This document shows, one piece after another, positions 59,229-64,000 of a stretch of DNA of 64,000 nt (the first letter of the stretch is position 1; the number at the start of each line of letters is the position of its first letter). Below the pieces are notes generated by a model. That model saw only the letters and a program-made list of their open reading frames with translations. It ran no database searches and was not told the DNA's origin. The position numbers and the translations under genes are program-made. Source of the DNA: Segatella copri (GTDB lineage: Bacteria > Bacteroidota > Bacteroidia > Bacteroidales > Bacteroidaceae); NCBI GenBank assembly GCA_021628325.1, contig JAJXAL010000006.1, forward strand, positions 37 through 64,036, in the 5' to 3' direction.

Positions 59229-59272
59229 CCCTTTTGTACAATCGGCTGTTAATGGTTACAAGATGATGCAAT

Positions 59273-59515
59273 ATGCAGAATTCAATTCTATTAAGTGATG
59301 CGCAGGTGAGACCTGCAGGCATCAGCGTTGAGGAGGGCATGAATGCCCTCAAGTGTGAAATCAAGAAGCTCGCCAAGACCAAGAGCGAGACCTTCAGCTA
59401 TATCTGCGGGGAGACCGTGACCTATGGAGAGGTTGTGCTCACCATGGTTGGTTTCGCAGCTGTGATGGCTGTTGTCATGATTGGTGGTTTCATTTTCGGA
59501 GGGGAGGTAGCGTGA
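59273..59515 (+). CDS. Small membrane protein
   Basis: C-terminal hydrophobic helix; ends GGEVA coupled to next gene. Confidence 0.65.
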   Translation: MQNSILLSDAQVRPAGISVEEGMNALKCEIKKLAKTKSETFSYICGETVTYGEVVLTMVGFAAVMAVVMIGGFIFGGEVA

Positions 59516-59808
59516 TGAAGAAAAGTAGAAACCGCAGAAGACGCACAGCTAAGCTGAATATCAAGGATATCTTCAACATCAATTTCTTCATTACTGAAGG
59601 CAAGCAGATGAACGCCCATAAGGTGGAACTCAAATTTCAGAGAGACAACAAAGTTGTCGCATCAGTTGTTTACATCGATGATGCGCCACACAAGCAGACT
59701 ATTATCCGATGGTATGATCATCGCTACTATGCTCTTCCATATGGAGCTAAGGAGGCTAAGCAACTCAATATGACTTTGGCCAAGTTGAAAACCATAAACA
59801 AAGATTAG
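59512..59808 (+). CDS. Hypothetical protein
   Basis: Basic N-terminus, GTGA overlap. Confidence 0.6.
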   Translation: MMKKSRNRRRRTAKLNIKDIFNINFFITEGKQMNAHKVELKFQRDNKVVASVVYIDDAPHKQTIIRWYDHRYYALPYGAKEAKQLNMTLAKLKTINKD

Positions 59809-59810
59809 GC

Positions 59811-60080
59811 ATGAACGAAAATAATTCAACCAACCTGCACATGACAGCAGACGTCTGGAATGCGCTAGTAGATATGATAAACGTTGGCCAGCTGGACAAC
59901 TTCATCGAGACTCTTGAGTTTGCTCAAGACAAGTTTATCTCAAACGAGGTAATAACCAATGCCGTGGATGATTTTGGCGGTGCCGGACAGGTTCTCCTGA
60001 TGCTCAATGCATTCAAGCGCATGGAGAACCTCTTCAAGACCATCAACCAGGCTCTGAAGGCGAAAGGAGGTGTGGCATGA
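59811..60080 (+). CDS. Hypothetical protein
   Basis: Ends KGGVA, ATGA-coupled. Confidence 0.65.
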   Translation: MNENNSTNLHMTADVWNALVDMINVGQLDNFIETLEFAQDKFISNEVITNAVDDFGGAGQVLLMLNAFKRMENLFKTINQALKAKGGVA

Positions 60081-60397
60081 AAGAGCGCAAGCACATCATA
60101 GGCTTCGGCACATACCAAGCCCCACCACCTCCACCAGAGCCAGACAAGGAGACTGAGGATAATCTAGTGGAGCAAGCCCTAGGTCAATATCTCATCGACT
60201 ACAAGCCATACGACCCAGACGATGAGGTTGATCCACAAGAGTTCAAGACCTCACGAGAGATACAAGAGGCACTCTCCGATATGGTGACAATCTCTATCTC
60301 TACCATCACAAAGTACATGAACTCGCATGGCTATGACATGGTAAATGTCGAGGGCGGCGGTCTCACCTGGCACCTGCAGCGAGATGCCCCCTTCTAA
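60077..60397 (+). CDS. Hypothetical winged-helix-like protein
   Basis: KTSREIQEALSDMV..ITKYMNSHGY..LTW. Confidence 0.65.
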   Translation: MKERKHIIGFGTYQAPPPPPEPDKETEDNLVEQALGQYLIDYKPYDPDDEVDPQEFKTSREIQEALSDMVTISISTITKYMNSHGYDMVNVEGGGLTWHLQRDAPF

Positions 60398-60568
60398 AAA
60401 ACAAGATCATTTTTTTTCATTTTTAGTAAACAATAAAACGACGGATGGGGTCTTAGGCACATGGCATGGCAGCTCTATCCCCCAGTACCCGGTAGTCGCA
60501 AGACTATCGGGTATTTTTATTTTCCTCCTTTTCTTCCTAACTTTGCAGTGTTTTAATGAGACAACAAT

Positions 60569-61630
60569 ATGATCACTGCAACAAAACCAACTTCGCCATT
60601 GTTTACATCGTCGCTCGATACCTTTACATTTAAGATATCGGGCGACACCGCTACCGTCACCATCAAGTGCAACGGCATGGAGCTGCTCAGCGAGACCTAC
60701 TACCCAGTCTCTGGCTCCATCACCATCTACGACCTCGGCACACTCATCGCCGATGCCGTGCGACCTACAGTGACAGCTTCCTTCACCATCGACATCACAG
60801 AGCACCAGGGCGAGAGCGATATCGCCACATGGTCGAGCGGTGCCATCACCGCCTACTACGCCACCGTTGACATCGACATGTCGTGCTCATCATTCATAGA
60901 CCGATACTTCCTCACCCTCCTCGATGGCACCAAGCTCACTCGACTGGGGCATCGTGAATATCTCCATGCCGCTGGCATCAACAGCTCCACCCCTACCGTG
61001 GTGGCACAGTTCTTCAAAGACAACCAGGTCACCACCGTTCAGGTTCCATCCTCAGCCACACCTACCCACACCGCCAACGGCATCACCTCATTCGATGTCT
61101 CACCAGACCGATACTGCGACGCATCAGAGGGCTACCTCTTCGCCTACACCGTCACCGTGGGCGACCGCACCCAGCAATATCAGATTGACCACACAGGCTC
61201 CATTGCCGACCCAGTGCTCCTCTTCACCAACAGCTTCGGCTGCCAAGAGATTTTCTATTGCCTGGGCAAGAAGAAAATCGCACCGATTTTCGAGCGCAAG
61301 AGTGCCGTCATCGGGGGCAAAAAGATAAATTACCAAGTCAAAGAGACACGCACTTTCGAGGGCGACACGGGCATCATCCCACCATCCATGGCACACTTCG
61401 CCGAAGACCTGCTGCGCTCCGATGAGGTTTACCTGTTCCGTGACTATGCCCAGGATAAGCAAATCACCCTCACAGACTCCAAGAGCGAGCGCACCAACGA
61501 GGCTGACGACCTCGCTGAGTTCACCTTCTCATACCAGTACTCTCAGCGCATCCAGAATGTCGTGTTCAAAAACATCGACACCTCGTCAGGCAAGATCTTC
61601 GACCGTTCCTTCGACGATACGTTCAATTAA
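60569..61630 (+). CDS. Hypothetical phage structural protein
   Basis: Thr/Ser-rich, FTNSFGCQE, ends IFDRSFDDTFN; TAACTTTG box upstream. Confidence 0.65.
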   Translation: MITATKPTSPLFTSSLDTFTFKISGDTATVTIKCNGMELLSETYYPVSGSITIYDLGTLIADAVRPTVTASFTIDITEHQGESDIATWSSGAITAYYATVDIDMSCSSFIDRYFLTLLDGTKLTRLGHREYLHAAGINSSTPTVVAQFFKDNQVTTVQVPSSATPTHTANGITSFDVSPDRYCDASEGYLFAYTVTVGDRTQQYQIDHTGSIADPVLLFTNSFGCQEIFYCLGKKKIAPIFERKSAVIGGKKINYQVKETRTFEGDTGIIPPSMAHFAEDLLRSDEVYLFRDYAQDKQITLTDSKSERTNEADDLAEFTFSYQYSQRIQNVVFKNIDTSSGKIFDRSFDDTFN

Positions 61631-61642
61631 ACTCCTTCAGAT

Positions 61643-61915
61643 ATGGCAAACAACACAGACAACAAGACCGCCAAGGCCATCCACATCAACGAGCTGCGCC
61701 GTGCCCTCGACATCTCGCGCATCGACCGCACGCCCGTGGACCTAGACTGTTGGAAGGCTGGCGATGGTTCCATCATCCACTATAGGGGCTGGTTCGTCAA
61801 GAGTTCCTCATGGCAACAGGGCACCCACAACCTCTACAATCCCGTCAACCACCAGATACGCAAGGTGAGAGACATCTTCATCTTCAGATACAATGACCAT
61901 CCAATATACTTATAA
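61643..61915 (+). CDS. Hypothetical phage protein
   Basis: 90 aa between structural gene and portal. Confidence 0.7.
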   Translation: MANNTDNKTAKAIHINELRRALDISRIDRTPVDLDCWKAGDGSIIHYRGWFVKSSSWQQGTHNLYNPVNHQIRKVRDIFIFRYNDHPIYL

Positions 61916-61920
61916 TAATT

Positions 61921-63324
61921 ATGGCAAGCAACAACAACAGCAACAACATAGACATCACCTATGCCACCATGGGCGAGGTGATGGATTATCAGACATCATC
62001 GCCCACGAGCGGTTTCACGGAGTCGTCCACCGTCTTCGATGATGACGGTACCACGCCTCTCGTCAGCGTGAAAGTCGGGGGAAAGGAATATACCTATGTA
62101 CCCTTCGGCTACGAGAACCAGCTGCCCTACAAACTGATCAGCAACATAGGCAGGAGCAGCGTGATGGCTCAGAACAAACTCTTCAACGTGCTCACCTGCT
62201 ACGGCATGGGGTTCCAGTACAACGACGTGGAGACCAAGCTGCCTACGAAGGACAGGGAGGTGAACCTGTTCCGGATGCACAACTCGATGAGCCGCTTCTT
62301 CCTGGAACAGATTACCGACATGAAGTATTTCTTCTTCTGCGTATCTGCCATCGTGCTCAACAAGAAGGGCGACAAGATTGTGGCGGTAAGACACAAGGAG
62401 GCGTGCTACTGCCGGTTTACCAAGAGCGTGAACGGACGCTCGGAATATGTGCTCTATGCCAACTGGAGAAACGCCACTGTGCCAGCCAACATAGAGGTGC
62501 TGCCGCTGCTCGACGAGCTGGATCCGCTGGGCGACCTGCAGAAGCGCATGGGGCTGGACGGCCAGAACGGCAAGGTGAAGGCAAGACAGTCGGGGCAACC
62601 GGGATGCAAGGACAGGGTCTTCGCCATCGTTACCCGCTTCCCTACCCCGGGCTGCCAGTACTATCCCGTGCCCTACTACTCCGCCATCTTCAGGGACAAA
62701 TGGTATGACATCTCCCGTCTCATCGCCATCGGCAAGATGGCGAAGCTGAAGAACCACGCCACCATCCCCTACCTGGTAGAGATACACAACGACTACTGGC
62801 GCGGCATCTTCAAGGAGGAGCACATCACCAGTACGGAGGAACAGAAGAAGCGCAAGCTTGCCGAAAAGGAGAAGATACGCGACTTCATCTCGGGCATAGA
62901 GAACAGCGGCAAGCTCTGGATAGCGGGCTACTATACCACGCCCGACGGCAAGGAGGTGAAGATGGTGCGCATCACCCGCATCGATACCTCGAAGGACGGA
63001 GGCGACTACAGTGATGATATCGCCGAGAGCAACAACATGCAGTGCTATGCCGACAACATCCACCCTAACCTGGTGGGCGCCACTCCCGGCAAGAGCCAGA
63101 GCAACAATTCGGGTTCCGACAAGCGCGAGCTCTTCACGCTGAAGCAGAGCATAGAGAAGGCATTCCACGACCTGATGGAGACGGTTCACTGGGTGATCAT
63201 CTACTTCAACCACTGGGAGGAGAAGGTTTATCCGGATGTGCCGCTCATCATGCTCACTACCCTTGATGAGAACAAGGATGCCAAGAAAGTGTCTAACAAT
63301 CCAAATTCAAAGACAGATGATTAA
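61921..63324 (+). CDS. Portal protein
   Basis: 467 aa; YVPFGYENQLP, YYPVPYY, SGIENSGK, IHPNLVG..SGSDKRE. Confidence 0.75.
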   Translation: MASNNNSNNIDITYATMGEVMDYQTSSPTSGFTESSTVFDDDGTTPLVSVKVGGKEYTYVPFGYENQLPYKLISNIGRSSVMAQNKLFNVLTCYGMGFQYNDVETKLPTKDREVNLFRMHNSMSRFFLEQITDMKYFFFCVSAIVLNKKGDKIVAVRHKEACYCRFTKSVNGRSEYVLYANWRNATVPANIEVLPLLDELDPLGDLQKRMGLDGQNGKVKARQSGQPGCKDRVFAIVTRFPTPGCQYYPVPYYSAIFRDKWYDISRLIAIGKMAKLKNHATIPYLVEIHNDYWRGIFKEEHITSTEEQKKRKLAEKEKIRDFISGIENSGKLWIAGYYTTPDGKEVKMVRITRIDTSKDGGDYSDDIAESNNMQCYADNIHPNLVGATPGKSQSNNSGSDKRELFTLKQSIEKAFHDLMETVHWVIIYFNHWEEKVYPDVPLIMLTTLDENKDAKKVSNNPNSKTDD

Positions 63325-64000
63325 TATTACCGCAGAACAGTTTGAGCAGCTCCTTCCATTCGTGGGAGCTGCTTCTGAAGATGTCTTCACGAAGATGCAG
63401 CCTGCACTGGAGAACGTATATTTCGACCTGGTGGCTACGGTTATCGGTTCAGACTTCGAAGATGCAGCCTGTATGGAGGACAGTCCGATATTGGGGAATG
63501 TGCGTTCCTATGTCATTCTGAAGACCTTTATCCTGCGTCTCCGTTCCAACGACCTCGTAATGACCGACAACGGTTTCGGCGTTGTATCAAACGAAAATAT
63601 CTCTCCCGCATCACAGGCGAGGGTTGACGCCCTGTTCAGAGAACTGACCTATAAGCAGGACCAGCAGCTGCACGGCATTCTGAACCGCCTGCGCACGGTG
63701 GAAGGATGGAGCGAGACTGTTCAGGCAAGCAACAACATCGCCTCCTTCTTCTGGTCGCCTCTGGTATTGAGGGCTTACTCGCCGGTACGCGGTTTCGTAA
63801 CTTTTGATGACCTGACAGCCCACCGGAGCGAGATAGGTACTGCGGAACTTGCTCTGCGCAGACAATTCTCCGACTCACTCATCGAACAGTTGCTTGAGGA
63901 GGAGCGCAAGGCACAATATGAGCCATTTCATCGGCATGCCATCGTAAAAATGTGCCATTTCATCGGCGCTCACATTTCTACCGGCGAAACGCCCGCTGAT
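63317..64000 (+). CDS. Phage protein after portal (DUF6712-like, possible head-tail adaptor), partial
   Basis: MINITAEQFEQLLP..DLVMTDNGFGVVSNENISPAS; appears open to window end; absent from ORF track. Confidence 0.6.
   Translation, partial: MINITAEQFEQLLPFVGAASEDVFTKMQPALENVYFDLVATVIGSDFEDAACMEDSPILGNVRSYVILKTFILRLRSNDLVMTDNGFGVVSNENISPASQARVDALFRELTYKQDQQLHGILNRLRTVEGWSETVQASNNIASFFWSPLVLRAYSPVRGFVTFDDLTAHRSEIGTAELALRRQFSDSLIEQLLEEERKAQYEPFHRHAIVKMCHFIGAHISTGETPAD

Larger units (their letters stand above)
41570..64000. mobile_element. Prophage (tailed phage), continues beyond window
   Basis: att remnant, repressor/Cro, primase-helicase, Clp protease, capsid, terminase, portal. Confidence 0.92.

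Noticed and set aside
61996..63213. 405-aa minus-strand ORF
   Set aside because: Antisense shadow of the portal gene

Overview
Bacteroidota (Prevotella/Segatella-like, inferred from gene content and TAnnTTTG promoters) chromosome window with four blocks. (1) 1-1114: minus-strand operon of small acidic protein, SecB-like chaperone and ART-like protein (truncated by the window edge), resembling a toxin-antitoxin-chaperone module in unusual order. (2) 1428-24013: large type V pilus (Fim/Mfa-like) locus ending in a tyrosine recombinase. It has two invertible promoters bounded by related dyad sites with different cores (both OFF as assembled, one with a triplicated site), a decayed third copy fixed ON, repeated GNRA-hairpin elements, and an embedded Rpn + VirE-like primase/helicase + DUF4248 + HU + smalltalk module with iteron-like repeats. 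(3) 24038-41409: HPr-kinase-like/S26 peptidase/PqqD/ABC cassette, then housekeeping genes (glmM, DHH, nucleotidyltransferase, TamA/TamB, RluA, fabG, TetR). (4) 41570-64000: left part of a prophage starting at a duplicated tRNA 3' end, with repressor/Cro switch, primase-helicase, Clp protease, capsid, tail tube, terminase and portal. A 6-kb accessory island splits terminase from portal and holds a long hairpin + PRTase + RadC unit, an unknown 3-gene moron and a c4/CI-like antisense RNA switch. All calls come from reading motifs by eye; no database searches or folding computations were run.
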